Shown: in pieces, positions 8,683-17,583 of the stretch
Position numbering within the stretch: position 1 is the first letter of the stretch
How the letters are laid out: the number at the start of each line of letters is the position of its first letter
IMG/VR virus record: IMGVR_UViG_3300020044_005777
Location: 1-38,560 of that record
Strand: one strand, 5' to 3'
Source of the DNA: a virus
Lineage: Duplodnaviria; Caudoviricetes
DNA: 38,560 nt
Made by a program: the position numbers and the translations under genes
Notes under the pieces: model-generated
Seen by the model: only the letters and a program-made list of their open reading frames with translations
What the model was told of the DNA's origin: nothing
Databases searched by the model: none

Positions 8683-8940
8683 ATGACAGCAACACAATTT
8701 ATTAAAGAAAACTACACATTAACAAATGGTGGAGAAGATTATATATGTAACCACTCAGGACAATTAGTTGGTGCTGAAGATATAGCTGAAGAATATCACA
8801 AGTATAAGTTAAAATTATTGGGTATAGCCGATGTTAGCTGCCAAAGGGAACAGTTACTTGCCTTTGCAGGATGGCTATATGGAAACTTAGACAAAGAAGT
8901 TGAACGAATGATTGTTGATGACTACTTAAAGGTCAAGTAA
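8683..8940 (+). CDS. Hypothetical protein reading through a cassette-like core site
   Basis: 85-aa ORF; IADVS encoded by ATAGCCGAT-GTTAGC. Confidence 0.75.
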   Translation: MTATQFIKENYTLTNGGEDYICNHSGQLVGAEDIAEEYHKYKLKLLGIADVSCQREQLLAFAGWLYGNLDKEVERMIVDDYLKVK

Positions 8941-8951
8941 TTGCTGCCAAC
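8833..8951 (+). mobile_element. Integron-cassette-like unit
   Basis: Starts GTTAGCTGC, ends GCTGCCAAC; CAGTTACTTGCCTTT (8851-8865) pairs with AAAGGTCAAGTAATTG (8928-8943). Confidence 0.55.
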
Positions 8952-9010
8952 TAATTTATATGCGAAACATTACACACAGTAATACATTAACCAATAAAAA
9001 AAGTAAAGAT

Positions 9011-9253
9011 ATGGAACTAAGAAAAGTAAAGTTCAAAAAGTGGATTCCGTCAGAGAGAAAGCTAATGGATGGCAGATATTATACAGTAAGCGATACAAAT
9101 TGCTATGAGGAAGAATACTCGCAAGACGGCTTCTTTCATCAGTGGATTACTCGTGAAGAGGGAGATGGAACAAATATCTTTGCTATTATTGAATTGCCCG
9201 ATGGAACTATTAAAATCGTTCAACCACACGTCATAAAATTTATTAACCAATAA
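9011..9253 (+). CDS. Hypothetical protein
   Basis: MELRKVKF...GFFHQW...AIIELPDGTI; ATG 9011 has an A-rich leader. Confidence 0.75.
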   Translation: MELRKVKFKKWIPSERKLMDGRYYTVSDTNCYEEEYSQDGFFHQWITREEGDGTNIFAIIELPDGTIKIVQPHVIKFINQ

Positions 9254-9277
9254 AACTAACCAGTAACAACAAGTAAG

Positions 9278-9598
9278 ATGAAATTAATAAACATTGCAGA
9301 CCTGAAAAATCCAGAAACAGGCAAAACATATCGGGAAGAAAACAACGCAAAAAGACACAACATTCCATTAGGAACATTGGTTGAAGTTGATTTTGATGAT
9401 AGCTATTTAGAAAGCAAAAAGAAAGGATTAAGGCTTTTTGTAGTTGAACACGACAGGGATTGTGATGGTACTCCCTTATATTCTTTGTCATTTAATAAAA
9501 ATTGGAAACCCGATATGTTTGGCGAACAATTCAAAACATTTGCAAGATGGGCGATAGATACTGGTTATTTAGAAGACAGCTTGAAAGTAGTATCGTAG
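9278..9598 (+). CDS. Hypothetical protein
   Basis: 106-aa ORF, HNIPLGTLVEV...HDRDCDGTPLYSL. Confidence 0.8.
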   Translation: MKLINIADLKNPETGKTYREENNAKRHNIPLGTLVEVDFDDSYLESKKKGLRLFVVEHDRDCDGTPLYSLSFNKNWKPDMFGEQFKTFARWAIDTGYLEDSLKVVS

Positions 9599-9621
9599 AA
9601 ATACACATAACAAACTAACCC

Positions 9622-9867
9622 ATGACCGAAGTAAAAACAATAGGCGACTACATTAACGCTCTCCCTGATGAGATTAGGGAGGTAGTTAGGGTAAAATTTC
9701 ATCAAGAAAATGTGTTTTCAGAATCAGACAAATATCTGAATGCAGGCATACATCCGCTATGGTGGATTGTAGACTTTACTGATAGTGAATGGGAAAATGA
9801 ATGGGAAAACCTTGCAGATACATACACCCTAAAACAGAAAGAAGGTAAATACTACACTAATTGGTAA
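9622..9867 (+). CDS. Hypothetical protein
   Basis: 81-aa ORF. Confidence 0.7.
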   Translation: MTEVKTIGDYINALPDEIREVVRVKFHQENVFSESDKYLNAGIHPLWWIVDFTDSEWENEWENLADTYTLKQKEGKYYTNW

Positions 9868-9870
9868 ATT

Positions 9871-10020
9871 ATGGGAAAACGAGCAGACGGACGAAAAGTA
9901 TATAACTTTGCTTTTTTTATTAAAGACATTCAGGATTTTGATGAAAAACGTAAAAAGAAGTACCCTAATAAAAGCAGGACACAGGTTATTGAATTATTGA
10001 TAAAAAAGTTTAAGACCTAA
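9871..10020 (+). CDS. Small ribbon-helix-helix-like DNA-binding protein (49 aa, not in ORF track)
   Basis: MGKRADGRKVYNFAFFIKDIQDFDEKRKKKYPNKSRTQVIELLIKKFKT: strand, helix, SRT-capped helix as in Arc/CopG. Confidence 0.55.
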   Translation: MGKRADGRKVYNFAFFIKDIQDFDEKRKKKYPNKSRTQVIELLIKKFKT

Positions 10021-10405
10021 TCCACCTAACTAAATAACCTACTAATAAAGCTATTAAGATATAAAGTGCTATGTGCCATTTACTAATCGTTGGTTCGAGA
10101 ATAGTGGTGGTGCATGGTACTTTTATTAAATGGTCAACCTTAATAGTGTCACATTTACCTTCAATAAATACTTTATCCCCAGCTAACTTCACATATTTGA
10201 TTTTAAGCCTATCTTTGGTTAAATATACAGTATCACCTTGTATTGGTTTAAATAGTGTGTCTAATTGAACGGAATTGATTAATAGGGTATCATGTACTAA
10301 TAGGGTATCAACTATCTTACGAGTGCCACATTTAGCCTCTGCACGTTTAAGATAGTAATTGCAGGAGCAAGACGAAAGCAATATTAATAAAGCAATAAAC
10401 CTCAT
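10010..10405 (-). CDS. Unimolecular-spanin-like lipoprotein
   Basis: Lipobox LSSC, beta-rich middle, C-terminal TM helix, in lysis cassette. Confidence 0.7.
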   Translation of the reverse strand: MRFIALLILLSSCSCNYYLKRAEAKCGTRKIVDTLLVHDTLLINSVQLDTLFKPIQGDTVYLTKDRLKIKYVKLAGDKVFIEGKCDTIKVDHLIKVPCTTTILEPTISKWHIALYILIALLVGYLVRWIRS

Positions 10406-10650
10406 TACTGTTTATCCTCCGAATTACCGTTTTTAAATTTAATCACTTGTTCTGCCGTTACAATACCTAGACAAGCTAAAGCAAAGACTAACCAAGCGTA
10501 TAAAGCCTCTAATTGATATTCAGTAGGTATCTTATAAAAGGTTACTACAATAGCACTAATAACACCAGCAAAAGCCGACATTTTACGGGCTGAAAATCCA
10601 TCCTTTGAATTGTCGAATGTGCCTACTAATTTACTCCAAATTTGCTTCAT
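10405..10650 (-). CDS. Holin-like membrane protein
   Basis: 81 aa, two TM helices, charged C-terminus, next to endolysin. Confidence 0.65.
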   Translation of the reverse strand: MKQIWSKLVGTFDNSKDGFSARKMSAFAGVISAIVVTFYKIPTEYQLEALYAWLVFALACLGIVTAEQVIKFKNGNSEDKQ

Positions 10651-10780
10651 ACTTTTTTACTAATATTTCTAAACTATCCCGTTCTTTTGCTACCTTGCAA
10701 AGCTCCTCACAACATTCATGACTAAACCTATTAGAATTAACACAGGAAGTCAATAAGGCGCATATAGCGATTAATCTCAT
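10631..10780 (-). CDS. Small Cys-rich lipoprotein (49 aa, not in ORF track)
   Basis: MRLIAICALLTSC lipobox; ATGA overlap with lysozyme stop. Confidence 0.6.
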   Translation of the reverse strand: MRLIAICALLTSCVNSNRFSHECCEELCKVAKERDSLEILVKKYEANLE

Positions 10781-11235
10781 GCAGTAAAGTATAAGTCAGC
10801 CTCTGCCTTTCTCCTTCTCTCTAATCCAGCTAATTTTGTTTTCCCAGCATAGCACCACTTCATAAATTCATCCCGTATTGTTTTATCATTCGGGTTAACG
10901 TTTAATTTCTTTAATAACGTGGATTGTTTCAATGCTCCTGCACCTAAGTTATAACAGAACGAAACTAGTGCGTTAAATTGATTTTGAGTGATAGTATCAA
11001 TACAAAGCGAATCAACTGATAGTTCAAATGCTTTTACGTCATGCGCTAACATTTGTAACGCAAATTCTTTTGTGATGTGCGGGTCATTCATTGTAACCTT
11101 ATTTCCAGAAGGATAGCGAGTAGAGCCATAGCCAATGGTAGGAACGCCAGCAGGACAGATATAAGGCTTTTCACTAAACCCTTCGAATTGACAAATTAAG
11201 TCAAGACACTTTTGGTCAACCTTTGTAATTTTCAT
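10777..11235 (-). CDS. Endolysin, GH24 lysozyme
   Basis: FEG..PYICPAGVPTIGYGST, QNQFNALVSFCYNLG, GLERRRKAEADLY; start at MKITK. Confidence 0.95.
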   Translation of the reverse strand: MKITKVDQKCLDLICQFEGFSEKPYICPAGVPTIGYGSTRYPSGNKVTMNDPHITKEFALQMLAHDVKAFELSVDSLCIDTITQNQFNALVSFCYNLGAGALKQSTLLKKLNVNPNDKTIRDEFMKWCYAGKTKLAGLERRRKAEADLYFTA

Positions 11236-11558
11236 GCTTTCTTTAATAAATAATTTAATATCAATGTTACGATAGACCAAAGAACCCCGCCAACCAAGCC
11301 ATAGGCAGCGATTTTGCCTTTTGCAAATGCGTTAGCAATCTCCTGCGACTTGATGTAGTCGTCCATTTTTTTTTTTAAATCTTTGACATCCTTGTCAATA
11401 ACCTTCACTTCACCAAACAACCCAATACGACCAGTACCCTCGTCATTATTTAGAAGGAATACAAGCCTATCAACATTACGGTTAGTGTCTTTTACTGCTG
11501 TTTTTAGTTCAGATAATTCTTCCTTTAATGTTTTGATTTCTTTTGTGTCAGGAGCCAT
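11232..11558 (-). CDS. Coiled-coil protein with C-terminal TM helix (holin/XhlA-like)
   Basis: Heptad N-terminus plus one TM segment, immediately upstream of endolysin. Confidence 0.6.
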   Translation of the reverse strand: MAPDTKEIKTLKEELSELKTAVKDTNRNVDRLVFLLNNDEGTGRIGLFGEVKVIDKDVKDLKKKMDDYIKSQEIANAFAKGKIAAYGLVGGVLWSIVTLILNYLLKKA

Positions 11559-11911
11559 ATTTTTGTCTTTATTTCGGGGTAGTAGTAAAGAAGTGAACCA
11601 ACTAGTAATAGTGCTATAAACACCATGTCCGTCCAGTTAAAAATATTAATGTCAAGGATTTTATTAATAATGTCTATTGTAACAATGCCAATGGAAACCA
11701 CGCTAATAACGCTAATTTGCTTAACCTCGTAAAACTTAAAAGGTGATATGTTTGCAACAAAAAGGAATAGAGTGTAAACAGAAATTAGTATCATTCTTAA
11801 CTTCCATGCACTCATTAACCCTTCGGGAGTAGATACGTCAAACATTACATCTGATACCATGTACCCGAAAGAAAATAAGATAATGGAAGCTAAGAGTAGA
11901 TACTTCTTCAT
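11525..11911 (-). CDS. Membrane protein, about 4 TM helices
   Basis: Hydrophobicity pattern; coupled in late operon. Confidence 0.7.
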   Translation of the reverse strand: MKKYLLLASIILFSFGYMVSDVMFDVSTPEGLMSAWKLRMILISVYTLFLFVANISPFKFYEVKQISVISVVSIGIVTIDIINKILDINIFNWTDMVFIALLLVGSLLYYYPEIKTKIWLLTQKKSKH

Positions 11912-12090
11912 TACTTCAATACTGGTGGGTAAGTATGAGTAGGGTTAACCGTGTCTAGTGTGTCCGCAATAGCATCAGTCAGGCTAGTGTTTACGGCTGC
12001 AATTAATTCTTCATTAACGGTCAATCCGTTAACTGTTAGAAATTCGTCAATCTTTGCGTTGATTGCGTTCTTGATGTCTTGTGTTGTCAT
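11911..12090 (-). CDS. Small hypothetical protein (59 aa, not in ORF track)
   Basis: MTTQDIKNAINAKIDEF...; fills the gap exactly with TAATG coupling. Confidence 0.7.
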   Translation of the reverse strand: MTTQDIKNAINAKIDEFLTVNGLTVNEELIAAVNTSLTDAIADTLDTVNPTHTYPPVLK

Positions 12091-12093
12091 TGT

Positions 12094-12324
12094 TTATAGA
12101 TTAAAATTGTCAGGTAGTTTGTCATTAAATGTTTCAGTCGTTGGAACTTCACTCCAATCAATTTGCTTGAATTGGTCAGTATCTTTTAGTGCTTCGTACA
12201 TATTTTCGGCTACGATATATGTGCCATCCTTTTGTTCACGGACAAATGGTGAGAAGTTGATTTCTCCGTGTGAGAACTCACCGATATACTGTGCTTGTGC
12301 CTTTGTTATTTTGAAAAAAATCAT
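12094..12324 (-). CDS. Hypothetical protein, possible fibre accessory
   Basis: 76-aa ORF coupled to the upstream gene. Confidence 0.7.
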   Translation of the reverse strand: MIFFKITKAQAQYIGEFSHGEINFSPFVREQKDGTYIVAENMYEALKDTDQFKQIDWSEVPTTETFNDKLPDNFNL

Positions 12325-13118
12325 ACGTTAAAACCTAATGATGTTGCAAGTGTTTGTACTGCATTGTAAAAAGCCAATTGGCTTAAACTTCCTGAAGAAT
12401 ATCCCATTATTGAATAAACACGGTTATCGGGATAAACAAGTGAGCCGTTTTGGTTTGCCCCTAATCCATAAGCGTTTAAACTAGGTATATTAGTTGAATT
12501 ACTTGAATATACAGAACCAAATAAGCTCCCGTTTAAATATGCACTTTGTTGTGTTGCATTACTTCTATTATTTACAACTAGTCCTTTATCAGTTCCAGTA
12601 TATGTTATTGGAAAAGTAGCTGCATCACTATTTACATATCCATACATTTGACCACTTGCATTAGGGAAAACTAAATGTGCTGACGTTGTTGCCATATCCC
12701 ATGCCCCCATTGCCAAAGTTAATTGCGATGCGCTAGACCGTGTATAATAAAAAAAAGCAGCATCGTTTTTTTGATAATTAACCCCTTGTGTAGCTGCGTT
12801 AAATTGCAAATTCAAATATGATGTAGCTGCATTACCATTATATCCTGAATAGGATGTCCATGTAGGGCTATTAACTTCTGTTATTTGTGTAGAGGTAGGG
12901 TTTACGATAGATACCCTTGCGTGTTGCTGGCTTCCTGCTGCAAATAACCAAAATCTATCTAATTTGCTCCAATTTCCGTCAGCCTTACAAGTTACAATAA
13001 ATTGATTTACTGCATCTTTAAAAGTAGTTGAAGGTGCTGGTGATAATTGTGCAAAGTAAGCCAAAGCATCTGCATCATATCCAGCAGCACCGAATTGATA
13101 TGGATTAATAATAATCAT
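12321..13118 (-). CDS. Putative virion fibre / receptor-binding protein (beta-sandwich-like)
   Basis: IINPYQF N-terminus, S/T/N/G-rich beta pattern, follows fibre gene. Confidence 0.6.
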   Translation of the reverse strand: MIIINPYQFGAAGYDADALAYFAQLSPAPSTTFKDAVNQFIVTCKADGNWSKLDRFWLFAAGSQQHARVSIVNPTSTQITEVNSPTWTSYSGYNGNAATSYLNLQFNAATQGVNYQKNDAAFFYYTRSSASQLTLAMGAWDMATTSAHLVFPNASGQMYGYVNSDAATFPITYTGTDKGLVVNNRSNATQQSAYLNGSLFGSVYSSNSTNIPSLNAYGLGANQNGSLVYPDNRVYSIMGYSSGSLSQLAFYNAVQTLATSLGFNV

Positions 13119-13927
13119 GTACGTGCCACAATTAAAGTTACTTTCAATCCAGTAGGCGCAGTGCCTACTTGGTCAATATCAATAGTAAATTCATCGTCAT
13201 CAGCAATAGAACTAACACTAATAACCGCAGGTGTAGCAGCAGTAGTACTTGTCTTTTCTGAATTATCAATTGTTAGTTTAGTTGATAATACAGTAGTTCC
13301 GTTTTTATTAATGTCAACCGTTAATATTGACCCCGAACCTTGTGCGGTAGTTACCGAAGCCCTAACAGCACTTAAAGTACCTGCAAATGGAATCCTAAAT
13401 GTAGCCTTTGCAGTGCCAGTAGTTAAAGCAGTTGTTTCGTCCGAACAAGCAATAACAAAGTATTCTTTTTTAGCCTCTGTTAGATTGTTTGTTAATTGTG
13501 TTTGAATATTGCTTGTAACGCCATTCAAATGACTAAATTCAGCATTACTAATCTGACCGCCATCTATTTTATTAGCGTTAATCCCAGTAGTTAACATATC
13601 GTCCGTAACTACACCATCATTGATTGTCCATGTAGTCCCTGAACCTGAAACCGTTATATCGCCCTTATCCCCATCCGTAACACCGCCTGAAATAGTAATA
13701 TTACCACTTCCCAATATTGAAGTATTGTTTACGGTTTTAATATTTGTCCCACTAATTAAAGTATCTTGTTTCGCATTTAAAGCAGTTTGTGCCGCATCGG
13801 ATACAGGCAAATTAGCGGGTTTTACTTTCTTCGTAGTCGTACTAGACGTGTCAACAATAGCCAATAAATCATTGTCTTTATCAACCGTTGTTAACTCCGT
13901 TAATTGTGATATTTTTGAATCTGCCAT
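13115..13927 (-). CDS. Tail fibre-like protein
   Basis: MADSKISQLTEL, PVSDAAQTALNAKQDTLISGTNIKTVN, DGDKGDITVSGSG, LNGVTSNIQTQL fibre repeat motifs. Confidence 0.8.
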   Translation of the reverse strand: MADSKISQLTELTTVDKDNDLLAIVDTSSTTTKKVKPANLPVSDAAQTALNAKQDTLISGTNIKTVNNTSILGSGNITISGGVTDGDKGDITVSGSGTTWTINDGVVTDDMLTTGINANKIDGGQISNAEFSHLNGVTSNIQTQLTNNLTEAKKEYFVIACSDETTALTTGTAKATFRIPFAGTLSAVRASVTTAQGSGSILTVDINKNGTTVLSTKLTIDNSEKTSTTAATPAVISVSSIADDDEFTIDIDQVGTAPTGLKVTLIVART

Positions 13928-14430
13928 TATAAATAAATTTTATCTCCGTTTTCCTGCAAAATGAAATCTCCGCTTTCTAATAATAGATAAGCAATTATGT
14001 TTTCAGTCCAGCACGTTGATTTATCGTAGAATTGTGTGAATCCGAACTCCATTACAAACCCGCTTACTTCATCGTTAAATCTATCCTCAAAGTCATCTAA
14101 AGTAGCATCAGACTGTATTGTTATTAATTCATCCCTGCACCAGTCAGCAAATAAAGCATAGACATCTAAAGCCGTGCGTTGTTGGTCACTTAATACATCA
14201 ACTTTATTTTCTTCTCCCTTATTTACAAGGTCTGCAAATACTAGAGCAATTCTAGTGTTTAACTCATTGCCATTAATAGAACTATCTAATAAAGTTCCAG
14301 CCATTAAAGGATAGGTCGGGCTTTCCGACATACCTAAATTATATAGCTGGCCAAAATAGAAGCTATTTAGTCTTGGGTGACTTTCCTGAATCTCCTTTAA
14401 CTTTGCTACTATTTGATTTAATGACTTCAT
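13927..14430 (-). CDS. Putative tail terminator / neck protein
   Basis: 167-aa acidic protein after adaptor; YPL motif, FEDRFNDEVSG; C-terminal LLLESGDFILQENGD. Confidence 0.55.
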   Translation of the reverse strand: MKSLNQIVAKLKEIQESHPRLNSFYFGQLYNLGMSESPTYPLMAGTLLDSSINGNELNTRIALVFADLVNKGEENKVDVLSDQQRTALDVYALFADWCRDELITIQSDATLDDFEDRFNDEVSGFVMEFGFTQFYDKSTCWTENIIAYLLLESGDFILQENGDKIYL

Positions 14431-14481
14431 TCTGTTGCTTTAAAAACTTCTGTAATAACTCAAAGTTTTTTTTGTGAACTT

Positions 14482-15054
14482 TCATTGATATTTACCGATT
14501 CTAATGTCGTTTTCTTGCTTTTCAGTCAACCCAGCATCACCTAAATAAATTGACGTACTGTAATTAGTCCTATTCGGCTTAATATCATCACAGTCCATGT
14601 TATTAAAGTAGTTAGCGTATTTAGTCGGGTCATTACTGTTAACACGTTTAATAAACTTAGTGGTACGCTCTGCAAAAAACTCCGCATCGTTTCTCCATTT
14701 GTCCATCATGAATTTAATTTCATTCAAGTCAGCACTGGTGGAATTTTCAGCATTGTTAACCGCTATGCCTCTATTCATGTATCTATACTTGAAAATAGGG
14801 GTACATTCTAATAAAGTATAATTAACAACCACGTTCATTAAATAGTCATCTAACAATGTTTGATTGTCCGAACTTACTGAACCTGCAATAATCTCATTTT
14901 TAATCTCATTGAATAAGTCAGTACCTAGTAATGGTTTAATGTATTTTTCCTGAACCAGTCGAATAGTTGGAGTGATTAACTTAGCATCCGCATTATCATT
15001 AATAATAGAATACTGCTTTATGTAGTCGGCTGAATATGTTATAAAATCTGCCAT
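14482..15054 (-). CDS. Putative head-tail adaptor
   Basis: Directly after portal; QEKYIKPLLGTDLF, helical. Confidence 0.6.
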   Translation of the reverse strand: MADFITYSADYIKQYSIINDNADAKLITPTIRLVQEKYIKPLLGTDLFNEIKNEIIAGSVSSDNQTLLDDYLMNVVVNYTLLECTPIFKYRYMNRGIAVNNAENSTSADLNEIKFMMDKWRNDAEFFAERTTKFIKRVNSNDPTKYANYFNNMDCDDIKPNRTNYSTSIYLGDAGLTEKQENDIRIGKYQ

Positions 15055-17099
15055 TATTTCTTAACCCTTGTTTTAGTTACTGCTTTCCAAATATGACGGC
15101 AATATGGAGTAGTTTCACCAGTGTTTGGATTAGTGTACCAACCTCCCCTATAAATCCAAGCATCCTGCTTAAATTCGTTAGAAATTGAATCTACTGCATC
15201 ACGTGTCCAAACTTTACCCGAATCCGTAAGACTTAATAATCTTTCGCAAAACGGTCTAGTTTGTTGCGCTCGAGGTACATTAGGACGTGTTACATATTTG
15301 TAAACAGTATAAACCTCAACCTCAACTGGCTTAACGGTTTTATTAATTCCTTCTTCGGTTATAGTAATTCCTGATAATCCTTTAGCAATTAATCCAGCAG
15401 CTAATAACGCATTAATCGCATCGGCAACGTCTTGCTTATCAATTCCCAACTGCTTAGCGATTTTATCTTCACTAGCCGTTGGCTCGCCTTGCAATATGCT
15501 TAGTACTTTATTACGTGTTTCAGAAGCACTAACAAATGATTGGTGAGTAATAAATTCATAGCTATTAGCTGCATTTCCTTTAAACTCAACAAACTCCTCA
15601 TTTACTATTTCATCCTCATTATCATCCTCCGCCAATGCTTCAAACTTTGCCAGTATAGGGTCAATCTCCGAACTAAATCCTAGCATGATTCCAATATCTT
15701 CAACTCCTAAACCAAATCCATTTTTAAGCATCATTTCAGCCTCTTGACGGCTTATTTTACCGCTTTGATAGTTGCGCTTAATACGGTTAATACCTTGCCA
15801 TTGTCTGCCAGTTAAATTCTTCAAATGCTCGTTAACTTGCGCTTGTTGTACTGGCTGTGATTGTATAGATTCAGATTTAGGCTTTAATCCTAATTTAGAA
15901 CGGATTTCATCCTCCGTTAGATACTTAGCCACGTTAGGGTCTAAGAAGTCAACGTCAATCGGTGTAAGTTGGTCAACCTCTAAACCATCCAAGTTCACAT
16001 TTACAACACTACCTAGATATTTAATTTCAGCTAAAATCTTATTTTGTCTAGGTACTGTATAAGTATTTTGTAATTGACGAAAGCTAATATCTAAAGTTGT
16101 TCTATCTGATAATGCGCCCTCTGAACTAATACCAAACAACTGTTTATTAGTAACCTGATGCCCTGTAATAATCTTTTGTTGGTTGGTCTTAGAAATTAAC
16201 TCAAATTGTTTATCTAAGTCACTAGTAGCCAAATTAAGGTACTCCGCACCTTTAGCAGCATTGTCAGGGTCAACAAAGTTAAATATAATACGCCCAGCCT
16301 TTCTAGCACCAGTAAATTTATCGTTAAATAGTTTCTCTAATTTACGCTTCCCGTCTTCTGTTGGCTGCCCGTTAAATAAAGACAGCATCCCTTGTGCTGT
16401 AAATCCTTGCGTAGCTAGAGCGTGTTGAAATTCACTAATAGCCACATCGGTAGCTATATTAATATTAGCTTGTGCATATTCAGGTAATGGGTATGTTTCA
16501 CCATGTACCTCTGCTGCTTCATCAAATTCAGCGTAATAATAAATCTGTGTTCCAGTTCTTACATTCGTGTTAAACGCTGGATAACTTCTAAATGAAGGGT
16601 GTTTTTCGGGATAACTGTTAGGTGTTCCATCCTCCTTCGTCCAAGCATCACAATAGTAAAATGTTGTTTTATCTTTACCTTTACGAACCTTTGAAAATAA
16701 CAATGGGTAAACCTCGAATCCAGTTCCACCAGCATTCCAAATTATCTGCCAAGCAAACCCATTAAATATCTCAAATGACTTAGTAGTACGGTCATAAACA
16801 TAATTCCAATCATTGTAACGATTGGCATTATAAAGAAAGTTTGCAGCCTTAGCAACCTCAACGGTATTACCTTCATTATTTATCTTTAACCCTTTACCGT
16901 ATAGATACTTGCTTTTAGCTTTTACAATAGCACCATGCTCGGGATGGTCTTTATAAAGCGATAATACAAATGATGGATAGTTATTGTCCGCACCATATAA
17001 AATGTAATCCTTGTTCTTTTTCTCTAAAAAGATAGGTGTTACTTGTGTAGCGAATTGAACCGATACTAAATTATCTACTATCTCAACATTATTAGCCAT
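15054..17099 (-). CDS. Portal protein with C-terminal extension (HTH-like and MuF-like segments)
   Basis: YGADNNYP, HGAIVKAK..YLYGKG, YPLPEY, KFTGARKAGR, IITGHQVT..LFGI. Confidence 0.82.
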   Translation of the reverse strand: MANNVEIVDNLVSVQFATQVTPIFLEKKNKDYILYGADNNYPSFVLSLYKDHPEHGAIVKAKSKYLYGKGLKINNEGNTVEVAKAANFLYNANRYNDWNYVYDRTTKSFEIFNGFAWQIIWNAGGTGFEVYPLLFSKVRKGKDKTTFYYCDAWTKEDGTPNSYPEKHPSFRSYPAFNTNVRTGTQIYYYAEFDEAAEVHGETYPLPEYAQANINIATDVAISEFQHALATQGFTAQGMLSLFNGQPTEDGKRKLEKLFNDKFTGARKAGRIIFNFVDPDNAAKGAEYLNLATSDLDKQFELISKTNQQKIITGHQVTNKQLFGISSEGALSDRTTLDISFRQLQNTYTVPRQNKILAEIKYLGSVVNVNLDGLEVDQLTPIDVDFLDPNVAKYLTEDEIRSKLGLKPKSESIQSQPVQQAQVNEHLKNLTGRQWQGINRIKRNYQSGKISRQEAEMMLKNGFGLGVEDIGIMLGFSSEIDPILAKFEALAEDDNEDEIVNEEFVEFKGNAANSYEFITHQSFVSASETRNKVLSILQGEPTASEDKIAKQLGIDKQDVADAINALLAAGLIAKGLSGITITEEGINKTVKPVEVEVYTVYKYVTRPNVPRAQQTRPFCERLLSLTDSGKVWTRDAVDSISNEFKQDAWIYRGGWYTNPNTGETTPYCRHIWKAVTKTRVKK

Positions 17100-17496
17100 T
17101 GTAAATACTTGCTTCTGATACCACAGTTTTATAAGTAGGTACTGAACTTACAGTTAATGGATAGTCATACTTTCCATTTTCCAATTCAGTCAATCCAGTA
17201 GTATCAATGTTTTCAAAATCAAATCCAGTTGCATCAGAAATCTCATAAACCCAGTATTTGCCGTTCCCTTGCTGCAGTTCAATTTCAGCATTTTCAGGAT
17301 TAGGATTACTTGTATTGTTTATTAGAAATACATTGCCGTGTTCGGGATATTGTGACAAGTCAGAACCAGCCAAACAACCTACTTTATTAAAGGTAGTGTC
17401 GTTTTGGAATACAAAAATAATATCAGGATTGGTTAACGTAATTTTCTCGTCAATAGTTACCTCAACAGTATTTTCGCCCGATGCAAAGATTAGCAT
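17092..17496 (-). CDS. Putative structural protein
   Basis: Start moved to MLIFASG (17496), downstream of the terminator. Confidence 0.65.
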   Translation of the reverse strand: MLIFASGENTVEVTIDEKITLTNPDIIFVFQNDTTFNKVGCLAGSDLSQYPEHGNVFLINNTSNPNPENAEIELQQGNGKYWVYEISDATGFDFENIDTTGLTELENGKYDYPLTVSSVPTYKTVVSEASIYNG

Positions 17497-17501
17497 ATAG
17501 T

Positions 17502-17514
17502 AATATATATCAAT
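17502..17514 (-). promoter_or_regulatory. Late-gene upstream motif ATTGATATATATT
   Basis: Variant of motif also at 19711, 20333, 27393. Confidence 0.55.
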
Positions 17515-17530
17515 TACTAGATAGTGGTAC

Positions 17531-17561
17531 AAAAAAGAAAAGCGGGACAAATTGCCCCGCC
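17531..17561 (-). terminator. Intrinsic terminator after major tail gene
   Basis: GCGGGGCAA-T-TTGTCCCGC then TTTTCTTTTTT on - strand. Confidence 0.85.
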
Positions 17562-17583
17562 TATCCACCTATGAGAAACCAAA

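Noticed and set aside
3107-9491. - strand ORFs within the early arm (3107, 5170, 5333, 7511, 7570, 9062, 9243) and at 34839, 35555
   Set aside because: Antisense shadows with no recognisable motifs
9254-9620. ACTAAC and CACATAAC words as further cassette ends
   Set aside because: No complementary GTT start found upstream; likely just A/C-rich leaders
12321-13927. Diversity-generating retroelement or invertible fibre system
   Set aside because: No reverse transcriptase, invertase, or template/variable repeat pair seen
14363-14485. 40-aa basic ORF MKVHKKNFELLQKFLKQ... on - strand
   Set aside because: Has an ATGA overlap with the adaptor stop but over half of it overlaps the next gene; too little support
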